64,000 nt of DNA from Trichoplax adhaerens (Eukaryota > Animalia > Placozoa), in NCBI RefSeq assembly GCF_000150275.1, contig NW_002060943.1, forward strand, positions 2,756,462 through 2,820,461, given 5' to 3'. Shown here piece by piece: positions 37,955-52,014 of the stretch (positions within the stretch are counted from its first letter, which is position 1; the number at the start of each line of letters is the position of its first letter). Position numbers and translations under genes: made by a program. Under the pieces are notes generated by a model that saw only the letters and a program-made list of their open reading frames with translations, ran no database searches and had not been told where the DNA came from.

Positions 37955-40463
37955 TTAAATGCCCAATAAGATATAAAAAAAATAAAGTGCAAAATACTTG
38001 TCTGCAAAACAATTTAAAACCTAATATGACAGAAGAAAAATAGTCCAACTTTGGCCTAGGATTATTGATAGGTATAAAGTTATTAAAATTATAAGGTACT
38101 ATGATGTATGCTTACAGAAGATATGTCCGGCCTTTTATATCGGTTATCTTCCAAGCAAACTTTCGCTAAGGCTAATAATTTCCATGCAAATTTTTGCGGC
38201 CATTTTGCTACTGGATCAAGAGGGAAACTCCATTTATCATAGGCATAGCAATACTGAAAGTATTGAGCCTGAAATTGATAAAAAGAAAATAGATTTTCTC
38301 ATAGTTGAAATTACCTTAGGAGAGCTTAGTCTTGCAAAAGGATATTATTTAACTGACTTGAAGAATAATAAAAATGTTCAGTCAAACATTAGTGAATTCT
38401 TTATTCATTCATCGTTTTTATTTTAAATTGTAAAGTAGGATTAGTTGATAATTGCATCAATAGAACGATAGAAAGTGGTCTGCTTATTGAATGTCACGAC
38501 TTGTCAATCATTAAGCATGCAGAAGTATAAATTTTACTCTTCTCGATATAAGGATAAGTCACGCAACAAACTACCTCAATATTCTTACTGATGCCATTAA
38601 CTACGTCAACTATTTATATTCCATCTACTTCACGATTCTAAATGTATTTTTCTTTGCAAGTTATCCTTGATAACTTACTAAGTAACGGTGTTTACGATTG
38701 GTGGCACAATTGGCTTTGCCTGAAACAACTTCAAGTATCACCTAAAACAGATAGAAATATCCTCTTTAAGCGTTTCTATCAATTGAATAGCCATTAGAAA
38801 TGACTTAACAGTTGAATGTTTGAAATTTGAACTGACCACACCAAAGCTGTAGATATCAAATCTTCTGGAAATAATACCAACCCGAGCTTCTGGCGGTGCA
38901 TAACCTCGAGTACCTGCATTATCTTGAGCTATAGTTACACTCGTATTATTTTTTCCACCATATATTACTGTCACCAATCCAAAATCGCATATTTTTGGAA
39001 CATAATTCTGATCGAGTAGGATATTCGCTGTTTTAATATCTCGATGAATTAAGGAGTAATGAAATCCAGTATGAAGGAAACGAATCCCTTTAGCGATTCC
39101 TGCGCAAATTTGTAATCTGACTATATAATTTAGATTGCAATCCTGTTTTAACAAACCAAAATTGAGCTTTGTCAATATCTAGAACCAATTTCATCCTCGA
39201 CTTCATTACTTAACAAGAGAAGTTAGCAATTGCTGATATCACGTATAGTATGTAATCAAGTGAAATAATGAAAAGGCTTATTGGATTTTTTCCCTAAAAG
39301 TAAAATATTTTACATCAGCTACATCTGAACAATATAACCTTTTCTTTCAAGTTCGATTTTAAACTGCCATTGCTCACATACTGCATAATTAAGCAGTGGT
39401 GGCCTTTGACTTGCATAGATTGATATAATTTAACCAAGTTGGAGTGCTCGCATCTAATGTAAAATAGATCATGAATGAAAAGCGAAACAAACACTATGTT
39501 TGCATTTAAACTGACATACAATAAACACTGCCAAAGCAGAAACTGATTTATTTGAAGGAGAGTAAACTAATTCAATGTCACCGAAGTAATGATTGTCTTA
39601 TCTTCCAAATGCTAATGTTACCGTATGTAAATAGTCGATTAGTCATAGACCAAAAATATTGCGTCAATCTAATAAAGATATTTATCAATTATAGATGAAT
39701 AATCCGTCTTACTGCATAAGATATTGATTTTCTGTTCGAAATTCCTTGGAAACCTACTCATAAAAATCACGTTGAAAGTGCGAGCACAATAGTAAATTTG
39801 GTGTAGATCATTAATTTAATCCCACATAGTTTCGTCTTTAATCGTACTTATTCTATCAGCAAGTGATGGAGGCTATACTACTAAGCATTTTATTATTCAA
39901 TTAAAACGAATGACTAGAATAAAAAATTTAAGAGAATCATAGTAAAACATAGGATTGAAGTTTATCCTTTCTACTTACGCCATCCTTAATTCGTTTGATA
40001 GCAACAACGCCATAGGACGGTAGTTTACCCTTATAAACCTCACCAAAACCACCACTTCCTATTTTATATTCTTCATTAAAATCGTGAGTCGCGGCAATTA
40101 TATCCTAATAGAAGTGTGAGAGAAATAGCGACAATTGCTTGTTACTACAGTTTTAATCTATCGAGGTGTATTTAGAAAGGGATAATTTGATGAATCCAAA
40201 TTATAGGACAGTTGGAAATGTTTAGTCTTGTAGTCGATTATTTAAAGTTGAGAATCAATTTTACCTTAGAACAGATCTTGACATACTGGCAATCATTATT
40301 AGCGTTGATCGGTAATGATTTTTGTTGTTGCTGTCGTGGTAAAAGGAATAGGATAGGTTAGACGATATAGATTACTCTGAGAAAAAATGGATTATAGCGT
40401 AAAAAATAGACAAATCGATTCTTTAACCTTACGGTTACACTTTTTAGAATAGAGACACCCCAT
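37955..40463 (-). CDS. K3: catalytically intact Pelle/IRAK-family kinase, about 323 aa, divergent K paralogue, predicted N-myristoylated/S-acylated
   Basis: Exons 40463-40428, 40330-40265, 40104-39979, 39753-39713, 39453-39339, 39142-38837, 38741-38679, 38268-38116, 38020-37955 (last exon less certain). Starts MGCLYSKKCNRK. Motifs: ATHDFNEEYKIGSGGFGEVYKG, VAIK, HSNLV, HRDIKTANILL, KICDFG, GTRGYAPPE, DIYSFG. Confidence 0.9.
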
Positions 40464-43400
40464 TCTGCTGTAATATAGAACTTGTTAACTTATAAAAAAT
40501 GTTCATTCATAATGACAGTCTTTTAGGATGACAAATAGATGAATGATGGGGTAAGTGATAATGTTCTCGTGGAGTAGTAGGTAGGAATAAAATTTGAACC
40601 TCTATGAATGTTTGCATAAAATTGGATTTCTTCGATGAAAGCGATAGCGTATCATTTTTTAACAGACTATTACTATCGATATTAGGTATCACGCCATCGG
40701 CAAATTTTACGCCGTCCAATTAGACAGATTTCATCAATTGGTCAACTGATCAATGAAACTCATCTAGCTTTGTGACGGGTGTGATATAAACTCATATCAG
40801 TACTATGGGTTTTTATAGCAAATTTATTCTCATGGAAAAGATTTTTTGATGATTAAAACCACACAATACTGCTGTTGATTAAATCAAATGAGGATGAATT
40901 GGATTGTTCTACAGCGAAATATTATTTACAATGTCTATTGTCGCCTAGAACTGCGTTTAGTCTATAAAATTATGGCTATTATAGCCATGATAATGATAAT
41001 AGCCAAGAGAAACCGGATAATGTCCTAGACGTAAAGCGATTTTCGTCAACAATCATTCTTTTGTTTCTATAGTATCTACAATCTCAGAATAAGGTTCTAT
41101 CAAACTCAGACAGCATGGGGTACAATCTTTTCTCATTCTGAAATGTTACAGTATATCATTATGGTTCAGATAGAAAAGCAGCTGATCATATCCTACGTAA
41201 TATAAATTATTTTTTATGGTTTAATTTGTTTGGATTTATCGATCGATTTATCACCATAATTTGCATATGTATAGCAGCATCACTGCAGTAGATCTTGTCG
41301 TTATGAAAAACATTCACATTATGTTGGTTACTGTTGTCCTAGAAGGCATCAGAATTGGCAAAAGAAAAATAATTATTATTTCAATGATCTTGTTAATCAT
41401 ATTGGAGTCGATTATTATTCATGAAGAATATCTCAACTTTATTTTTTTATGTTGAATTCATATCGATATTATCCTAATACTATATTAGCTTGGTGTTGTC
41501 AAGACTGCGTACTAGCCTAGAGGGAAGATAACCTCTTTTCTACCGTTCCAGGAAATAATTCCTTCCGCAGGAATGTAATCGGCATATCTCTTGACTTAGC
41601 CGAAAGTGATCGTCATGATTTCTACATTTTAGCCTAAGTTTATAAAGTACCAAATATGCCCACGGACAGAGGATATATTTACTAGTCCGTGCTTTATCCT
41701 AGCTTTTTCCACTACAATGCTCAGTGTAGCGCATGGGTTCTTAGCTAACATATTACTACTGTAATTAGCTAAAATCGTCATCATTCGTTTAAATCCAGCT
41801 ATAATATATTATAATATAGCTGTCTGCTTGAGTAAAATAAAAAAACTTGTCGCCAATTTTATCTATTATTGCCCACTACATTTCAATAGTGATTAGTATG
41901 ATATTCTGCCAGTGCTTTTTACCCCTGCAAATAGTTGTAGAAAGCAAAGTTTTCTCCTACACTATTAACAATTTATAGCTATAGAAATGATGCCGTAATG
42001 TAAGATTAACTTCTAACTTTTTCGAGGTACTAACTATAACAAACAAAAATAGGGGATTTTCGATTCTACATCCGTTAGATTGTAGCGTGCAAATATTTCT
42101 AAAGTCTCACATAACTGGAGCGAGACTAATATGTAACATAAATCCGTGACAATATCCAACTTTGGGTAAGGAAATAGCTATTAAAATGATATAAGAATAG
42201 AAGATTGATTACTAACTCATCCGAGTTTCATTGTAATGATGTTTTTGTAAGCCTTTGTATAGATGTATCCAATATATTTGAGCTATATCAATGTCAAAAC
42301 ATAGTCAGTTCTAGCAAAGTGTAATTCTTCGGCTACGACCATTTTCTAAATTCTGATGTTGTTTATCATATTTGTTCCGTCTGATTTTTTCTCTATATCA
42401 TTATATATCATTATTCCAGAATTTTGTAACTTATGCCTCTTTTGAAATTATATTGTCCGCGAAGAAAAAACTTGTACAACTTCTCAATCTGGATGGCATT
42501 CTTATCTTAGTATCAAAGTTTATAGATTTAGTAATTCCTAAAAATGGCCAATATCATCTACATTCACTTTACGTATTTACATTATTAAGGTCTTAAGGAT
42601 ACGATTGTTATAAATTTTTATTTATTCATGGCTAGATAAATCTGTAGATAATAGCACTAGCTTTATGTTGTACACCTGTCGCAATATACGTCAATTGCTG
42701 CGAAATAATTGAATAATCTTGTTCACTACTAGCGGTAGCATTAACAGTGCACGAAAAAACCTATTGCATTTTCCGGAGATATACTATACTAGACAGTTCT
42801 ATATCAATTTTAAGGATCGAATAAAAATAATAAAGGCACTTGCCGGTATTGTAGAATTTTTGCTAGATTACAGTTTAATAACTCGATGAACATTATGTAT
42901 TGAGTACGAATGTAGTGCCTCTTAATATCACAAGAAAATTGCAACGGCAATAAGGTATCAAAGTTAGTGTGAAGTGATGAGTTAGAGCAAAATCACAATT
43001 TAATTACAGTCAATGATTAAAAATATTTTTGTAGCAAAGTTGTTTTTCAATGAGAACATGAATGATGATAACGGCTGTAACATATTTTTCAATAATAGAT
43101 CGATGTTTTAGATATATGAGGTAATTTAACGTTTATTTTATTGGATATTGTTGACCAAAAAATTAGTTATTATTCCAAATATTAATATGCATGATATTAA
43201 TAGCCAGTTTTAAAGTGTCCATAGATAAGATTTATCAGCATAAATCGACTAATATTTTGTACGTTAAATTATTTCATAGTTCTGTTATTATTGTTAATAT
43301 TAATTGGTGATGGTAACTATAAAGATTGATAAATTATGTGTAGATTAACTTTTACTGGGGATTATTAGCTTGATATGGTGCCTGAACTTTTGATTATTGG

Positions 43401-46400
43401 AGAAATTTACGATTTATTATTAATAATAATTAATGAGGATGATAGTCATTGCCTTAAATGAAATATCCAAGGATCAATTTTATTGTAAGAATATAATTGA
43501 ACTGGTACTAGTGCACCGACTATTCAGCCATACGATCTGGCTATGAAATGATCATTAATATTCTCTTAATATCAATAAGAGATAATTATAGCTACAGTAG
43601 TAAAAATCGATAGTGAAGATTCCTTGAGGTCAATGCTTGTATCATATCATAATGTTCATAGCTTTGTTGATGCTCAACTATCGATACTGTTACGAATAAT
43701 AGCTATAGTGTCGATAGAATAGGTATCTAACTTTATTGTTAATGTTTTTCGTTTATGGATATGGGTTGATAATTGAATTTAGATTACTGAAATCAATGCA
43801 AGGGCAGCTGTAGTTGATAGAGCGATCTTGCTGTAATTATTGATTGAAGTTTATTAATAATGAGATCCCTACTTAAACTAGTACTGGTCTGAACTGAGCT
43901 ATTGTAGTTGACAGTAACAGCCACAGAAAATACGAAAGTAACCGGAGATTGATTTATTGATCAAAATCGAACCTTAACGCATGTCATCAATGTGCATATT
44001 TGATTATCGACAAAGATAACAGGTTCTCTCATAGCTATACACTATAAATACGTGTATGCAGGTATTTTAACAGTATCATTTCCAGTTTAGATCGAATGAA
44101 GTTGATTGCGAACCCTTTTGAGACTGAATAAAATTCGATGCTTATGATATCAAATAATGTTGCGTGACTGGCGAAGGAATCAGCTAGATTTAGAAGTGAT
44201 GTTTCTCCATTACTATAATCATATAAATACTTTGTAAAATTCTTTTATTTGATCAAAATATCTGGCATTCAGTTTAAATAATTCTATAATCACGCATGGG
44301 CTACTGTTATGGAAATAGCTTAAATCTAATTTCAATAAATATCAATTTTAAATAGGACTTTATTCTATTAACCGAACTCATTGTTAAGATTCAATGAACT
44401 TAGGATTACCAAGCTGAGAGTGTACGTGACTTGTCAATAAAGCCTAAGATATATGCTAAGTTATGACTTTCTATCTAGTCAAAATAACGATCCTAGATAA
44501 ATATTTTTTATTCCTGATGTATAGTAATAAGAATATTATGACCAGCATGATGGCAGCTTATTGATATTAGATTGAATGAAAATATTATTCGAATTGCGAT
44601 CATCATGTCTATATGGAATAAAGGCACGAAAGCTGTTGATTGTAAGCTAATTTATGCAATGTTGGGTATATAATGGGTAATTAAATTTAAATTTACTTAT
44701 TGCTAACATGCTCTCCTAATTAATGAACTTTAAAGTTAGTACACTGAATGGCGTTATCATTACGAAATAATATTTTGTAAATTGATCATCAGCAATGAGA
44801 ATTCTTCTTGGCTTTATTATCAATTTTCTAGTATTAGCATAGATCTAAAAATGCTTTTCTCGACTTCTTTAAATGTGCTTGCGATGTTTATGAAAGTCTG
44901 TGATTAAATTATACGTATATGAAATAGCTATATCTTGTTTTCGTTATCTTTTATTTTAGATACAGCTTTAATCTTAACGATGTATTATTTGCAATAATTA
45001 ACTTTGTAACGGACTCATAATAGTAGTAAGTGATTCTGAATTCATGAAAATGATACTGATTTTGATTTAATATTATTTTAAATACGAAATATCTTATAGC
45101 TTATTTTACTGGTAATACCCTTTAAAAATTGTTACAGTGTGTCGGTAGCTCGAGTCGAAAACCACGTACAATCAAAATAAAATGAATACTTGAGGGTGTA
45201 TTATATAATAAAGCCTTGTACATAATTATTTGATAATTTCAAGATTCTAACATTATATTTTCATGCAAACCCAACAAATAGAAGAAAATAAATGGATCAA
45301 ACAATCTTCACATTATCGTATACCTTGAAATTTAAGATCATTTCAACTATGTTCACCTTAAACATCAGAGAAATTGTAATGAAATTGTTATGTACTTTAT
45401 GGCAATCTATAAGGCAATACTAGTCAATATTAAAACTTTCGGATATCGTGTACTTTGTTGAAAGATGTTGTTACAGTTTAAAATATATCCTAATGGTATA
45501 ATTACTAATTCAAGTGATTACTCTTGGTATAGCATATATTTTAACTGAAGCATTATAAACAATTTTAAAACAGCTTAGCAATGGAAATTGAGAAAAAAAT
45601 TCTCGGCAAGGATAGTGGATCTGAGTATTATACTACAACGTATAAATAATACATCTATCAGCTTATCAATCACGTATCTCATAAAATACATTATAGTTCC
45701 ATAATTGTTGTATTAATGGGTGCACTAACGATCCAGCAGTTTCGCATTGTCCATGGAGAAATAAATTTTACCGCTTCACAAATATCATCTACAGAATGTA
45801 CGAAAATTTGTATTGCTAACTTTCCTACACGTACTTAGTAGCGACATGAATTTCTATTTGCTTCCTTATTACATACATTTGACATACAGCATGCAAGTAT
45901 TTAGGAAAGAAAGTCAGCATCTTGGCGCATAATTTATAACTGTATTTATTTAATTTACTCCTTGAAAGTTGCAATACTTGAGGTTGACTTAAATAAATAA
46001 TTCTTAGGATCATATGCCAATCGTCTTATTATCTATTTGATATATTAGGATAGTTTCAGTGATTGCATTATTTTATTATTTTGATGAAATAGGATAGCTT
46101 ATAATTGAAGCTATCTTAACCCATCATGGAGTAATATAATTACATTAGATTACCGCAATAGTTTACAAATTACCACTTAAAAATTTACGTCACTATCAAC
46201 TATCTGTGAGACAATTTAATATTTATCGGTATTGTTGCTAAAATGGAAGAGGTTTAACTTTTAAAAGTGTTCCGATGCAATATCGAATCAGCTGTTACTC
46301 TGTCATCGAACTGGGCTTCTTGGCAACTAACATTGAGATCTTGTATTAAGTCAACGCTAGGATTGTGTGCGCAAAGAAAAAACTTGTTAAGTTCTACATC

Positions 46401-46416
46401 ATAATATGCGCACTTA

Positions 46417-49400
46417 TCATGCCTTGGAAGCGATTCTTATGAGATTTGCGATTATCTTGTAAAAGTTAAAAATGAAAAGTAACCTAATTACATTGACAAT
46501 AAAATCGAATTATGGATTTCTCTTACTACTGACCTTGTCCATGTAGGGTCTATCTTTATAATTATCCATTAGACACCATTTGGCTAGCTTCGTTAATCTC
46601 TTTACGAAATCATCCGGCCAATTAGCATTTTCATCGATTGGAAATTTTGATTTACAGTGTTTATAACAGTAATGAAAGTAGCCAGCCTAATTGCGAATTA
46701 ATATCGGTAACGTTATAAGCAGTTTAAGACAGTCAATTTATCTTTATAGCGTTTGCCATTTTAATCCGTTAGATAGACTTCGTATATGATGCAAAACTAG
46801 AGTTAAGCAAACGAATGCCATCATTTGAGCTAGCTAAGCTGAAAAATATTCTCATGATTTCAGCAACCCTCTCTTTATTAAATTTGATATTAGCTCATAC
46901 TATGGACCAACGGAAATGTTTAGAATTTAGGTAAATTTCTTTAGCGATGCTTTCATACCAGTTACTCAACCTAAGGAAATTCAGTAATAATAAATTGGTG
47001 AAGTTGCGGAGAATAAACTGATTATGGTTTTGAGTAGTGCTGCTACAATTATGGTCTTAATTTTCTTATGAAAATTAATAATTGCCGTTGCTGAATTCAA
47101 CAACCAGCGAGTCTATGAGTGTTTTATAGGTCTACGCAATGTTTAAGTTGAAACGTGAATGGTAACAATTTCGATTAACAACTGTATCAGTTTGACCTAC
47201 ACAGACTTCATTAGCGTATTTATTTGGAAAGTTTAAATTTGAACATTTGCTGATAATATATATTTAGGTTCTTTGATTTAATTACATGTATTATCTACTG
47301 GCTCTAGTAATTTAATTAAGAGCTAACTACACCACTCCTTGTCAAATTTTTACCAATCTCCAGTATCCCAATAATGCCGATTTTGACCTGTAATAGCTGA
47401 AGATGTCAAGTCGTCAAATAGCGATGTAGTGATGCACTGATATTTGATTATGCGGATAGCTATATTTGATATAGTTAGGTTGCTTTGAATAAATATTATC
47501 GCGAAGCTAATATTAGATGATTGTTAACTACTATATTAGAAATTGCTGATGACTAATAGTAGCCAGTTGACTAATTATGGTGCAAGATTTATGTAGCTAG
47601 AAATACTGCAGTTGTTAAGGTGCCCTTCGGAGAATGGGCCTAGACGTTAATAGAGGAGTAGTGATATCTTAAGTAGAATGATTTAGATTGTAGAAAATAA
47701 TGATGTACTATTAGAGAAAAGTATTTTGTTTGATGATTTATATCTAATTGTAGATTAATCAAGTTGTTTCAAATGGATTTAACGAAATGTGCATAAGAAC
47801 TACAGAGATAAGCTCACAGAGGAGAAGAGACTTCACTTCGTTTTAAGCTCGGAATACTTTCGATTTTAGACTAGATTCTTATAATAATTAATTATTGCTC
47901 TACTATTCCTAAAACTTTGTAATGTAATAGAAGCCTTTTAGAAAATACGATTTGACTAAGATAGTTGTTGTGAGACGCATTTACTACAAGCTACTAGCAA
48001 TAATTTTATAATATTTTACTTTTACAGTATCGTTATTAATTTATAGTTCATGATTCTGGAAATCTAGCGAACATCGAGCACACTGTTAAAGACGTATAAA
48101 TCTTTCGGAATTTCTTTGACTTACTATATAAAATTTGAGCTATATACGTGTAATAATTGCTTTCATACATGCTCTCCAATATTGTGGCGTCAAAGTGAAG
48201 CAGGGGTAATTAAGTATGGACTTACCAAATACCGATATCCTTCTTTATCACTAAAGAACGCTGATTTCCCTGATATAATCTCAAGTAATACCTTCCAAAT
48301 AATGATATATAGTAGTTGATAGAAATGAACATTTATAAATTCGATTACATACTATTCGATCAATACACTTACAACTCCATAGCAATAGACATCAAAGCGA
48401 CGTGATATTATTTTTTGATATGCTTCTGGAGGTAAGTAAGCCCGAGTTCCAATGATGTTTTCTGTAATGGCGGTACTATCTCTATCCGTTCTTGTAGATA
48501 ATATTTTTGACAAACCGAAATCGCATATTTTAGGAGTATAATCCTCCGTGAGTAATATATTATCAGTTTTAATGTCCCTATGTACGAGATATGTCCTAAA
48601 TGCAGTGTGTAGATAATTGATTCCTTTGGCTACGCCTATACAAATTTGTATTCTGACCCAATAATTCAGAATTTCATCCTGAAATTTTTAAAATTTTAGT
48701 AATTATGATAGGTTACATTAGAGTATGAGCAAATCTTTGTGTTGATGGAATGACTGGTATCAACTCGATTCTCTAAAGTACTTCATGTATAACAATTACA
48801 GTTTATCCTATTAGAGTTTTCTAGCTATGACTGTAGCTGTATTAATATTTCTCATCAATGACCATTACAGTCGTCTAGCGTTAATCAAGCTTTCTACTAA
48901 GGTCCTTTTTTATGAGTCAATTTACCTTCGCTTGTAATCTTGAATTTAAACTGCCATTGGCTATGAACTCCATCACCATACAAAGGTGGCCATCAATCCG
49001 TAATGAGGTATGCAATCGAACGAGATTAATATGCTCATATCTAGAAGTAATTACTATCTAAGTATTCTAGGATATACAATATCGGTATGCTATCGTTTTG
49101 TTAATATTTCTAATTAAAACAGATGCCGCAGTAAACGATAGACAGTACTGTCTTAAATGGTTATAACCGTTCCGTCTAACTATTTAATTTTATAAACTAT
49201 GTTCATTGCATTAACTACGATGCAGTAAATAATCTACGAAATAGTTGATGCTTACTGAAATAAAAGTTGACACTCCCGTTGATCATCTGTTGGAATCTGT
49301 TATTATATCGGTGAGACACCATAGAAAAGCATTACACCGATCATCAAAAGTACGCAAATTGATGGTGTGGATCCATATCGTAATTGAAATTTATGAAAAT

Positions 49401-49971
49401 AAAGTAGTAATCTACGAGGTGCTTTGATAACATTTACTAGATTACTTACCAAATTCTGCTTAATCCTTTTGATGGCAACGACGCCAAATGAATGCAACTT
49501 CGCTCGGTATACTTCACCAAAGCCGCCTGCTCCAATCATGTGCTCCTTCGAAAAATTAGCTGTTGCCTTCTTTATATCCTAGAATAGTGAAATTTTAGTA
49601 AATCATGCTTCAATGGAAACAGTTTGAGTATAAATCATCAATTACGGTAACTACGGCTGGTAGCATCCTGTATAACATCTGGATAAGATACCTTAGCTTG
49701 TATTGCTAAACTCGGATTTCCATTGCAGGATGGTGTAATCAATGGTTGTTGCTAATTCATTGCAGTCAAGTTACAGTTATTTTAATACAGAGATTCGAAT
49801 TAAAGTATGCGTACTGTATTAGTGCTAATTCGTGAAGTATTTGATGTAGTTACAGTAATTAATTAATGTATGCCAACAGCCGTCAAAGGAGCAATCAGAA
49901 ATAGCCTACTGTGAAAACACCTCTTCGTTGATGATCTTAACTTTCCTACATAAGACATAAATGGTTCCCAT
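46417..49971 (-). CDS. K4: catalytically intact Pelle/IRAK-family kinase, about 312-319 aa, no death domain
   Basis: Exons 49971-49942 (or -49921; two in-phase donors), 49751-49692, 49578-49450, 49296-49256, 49040-48926, 48678-48373, 48291-48226, 46686-46534, 46455-46417. Starts MGTIYVLCRK. Motifs: ATANFSKEHMIGAGGFGEVY, VAIK, HINLV, HRDIKTDNILL, KICDFG, GTRAYLPPE, DVYCYG. Confidence 0.9.
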
Positions 49972-52014
49972 TTTTGGGGGAATTCTGTACGGTACCGTAC
50001 TTCAATATATAGCCTAGGGGGAAAAATAGACTTAGCCTCGAATAAAATCTACGGATTATTTGCTAAGTTGTAGCATTAGCCTGATGATAGATTTGATAAC
50101 GAACTCTAGGTTAAATTTTTTATTTAGCTTAAATAATATTTTTAGTACCAATAAAAAAGCATTTTGAAATTTAAACTGCGTCCAACAAACGAACGAAATT
50201 TTAAAAGGCGATATTCTGCTACTAATTTGAAATTACTACAACAGGAGTAGTGGCTATTTCCTCTATAAATTCTGTGAAAAGAAAGTGCACTCAAAGACTT
50301 TCAATATTTGTGGGCGAACATGATAAGATTCGATTCCTAGTTGTAGCCATTTTCCATATAGTATAAATTCTATGATTACGAAATGTAGTGATGATTTTAT
50401 CGCAGCTTTATGGTAGAGAAGTTAACAATTTTAATCCGGCTAACGCAACAAAGTCCTATTCTAATTGTACAGTATAGCTAGAACAGTTATCTACCATTGT
50501 AGGGTTGTATGACTGCAAAAATCTAATTATTTTTCGATACTGATACAGTATGCCCGCTCTCTATCCTCAATAACGACGTCCATAGTCGCATTAAGATCAA
50601 ATCAACTAAAATATACAAGTAAATAATAATCAAGTTACAAATAATGTCATAACGATGCTACTTTCTCTAGCACAAATATTGCAAGAATTATACTTTGATA
50701 AAATGCTTAAAGAAAAGCTTAATTTTAAGCTGTTAAGGAATCGATATTAAATTTATGGACTTTTCAACCAAACGCAATTAAGAGCATGAATAGTATATTA
50801 TGTTTAGGTAATTATTTTCTATTCTATTCCGACTACTATATTCAAAGCAAATCTAGGATTTTCTGTTGCAATTTGCTGTTGCTAATTTCAGACTTCGAAT
50901 GCATACGGCAACGTATCAATACTATATTATGGATGATCTATTTAAACATGGATCATTTAAGTGGCTCATGCTTCCGATTAGTACAACAAGTGTTCTTAGC
51001 AAATACGAATGCATTTCTCTAGAGGAACTGGTTCATCTAGTTGTTAGCAGATTTAGCTTTGAAGATTTGCAAAAAAAATAAAGTTTTCCTCTAGATATTT
51101 ACTAGCTTTGTGTCTAGATTATTTTTGACTTGAAATTAAAATCGCACGGCAGCAGTACGGAACTACAACTTTGATATTGCTGGCTGTCTATTTTCAATAA
51201 ATATGTGCAGTATAATGTTAGGGTAGAAAATGTCGACCTACGATTCAAACTTTCCGCTTGCACTTGATTTGCTAGAAATAGTAGATTGACATGAATGTTG
51301 GCAGAGTCATTGCAATATAAACGTGTTTTTGAAAATGCTTACCACTCTTGTATTAATACAATTGTAATAGCATTAATACTGAATATTGATGGCGATCTTA
51401 ACAGCTATAGAAATCAAATCTTGTTGGTTTGTTTTGGGCTGTATTTCAGGAAAGTGAGATATCGCTTATTCGCTACTGAATAGCAGTAGAATGAAATATG
51501 ACTCGTAGACAAGTACAGTAAATTATATTAATTTCTAGTCATCCGTAATGGATGCATCCAGTAGTACGGTAATTTATAAACTTAACAGTAGAGCAAATGT
51601 ATAATTAGACCACCGTAACTTTCAGTACGCGGCTCTTTTTAATACAAATAGTAAAAATCTGAATACCGAATATCTTTTGTTTATAAATATACCTATAAAT
51701 TAAGAATAAATTATCTGAAGTATTTCAATAATCTATTAGTATTAGGTCGACCGCACCTATATCATGCGGTTGTTCAAAGTTCAAAATAGTGTAATGCATG
51801 ACTAACTTGCGTCGTAATGTTGACTACAGTTACGTCTTTCCTTAAAATGTATATAATCATGCCTGTAACAACATTCGCTTAATTTCCTAAGTGATGCAAT
51901 TTTTTCTACTAAATCAACAATAACATTGGGTAATAGACACAGAGAAGAGCTCTTTGGCCATTTTAAAAAAATGCGACCGAGTCATGTCTACGCATACTAT
52001 GTTTACTCATTGGT

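Noticed and set aside
38184-38426. 80-aa plus-strand ORF (similar cases: 2643-2903, 18390-18638, 48116-48319, 49245-49427)
   Set aside because: These are antisense shadows of real kinase exons, with no motifs of their own.
6126-49971. Assigning the symbol IRAK4 or pelle to the K genes
   Set aside because: Family membership is clear, but the genes have no death domain, have a Met gatekeeper and occur as multiple paralogues. Orthology cannot be claimed.
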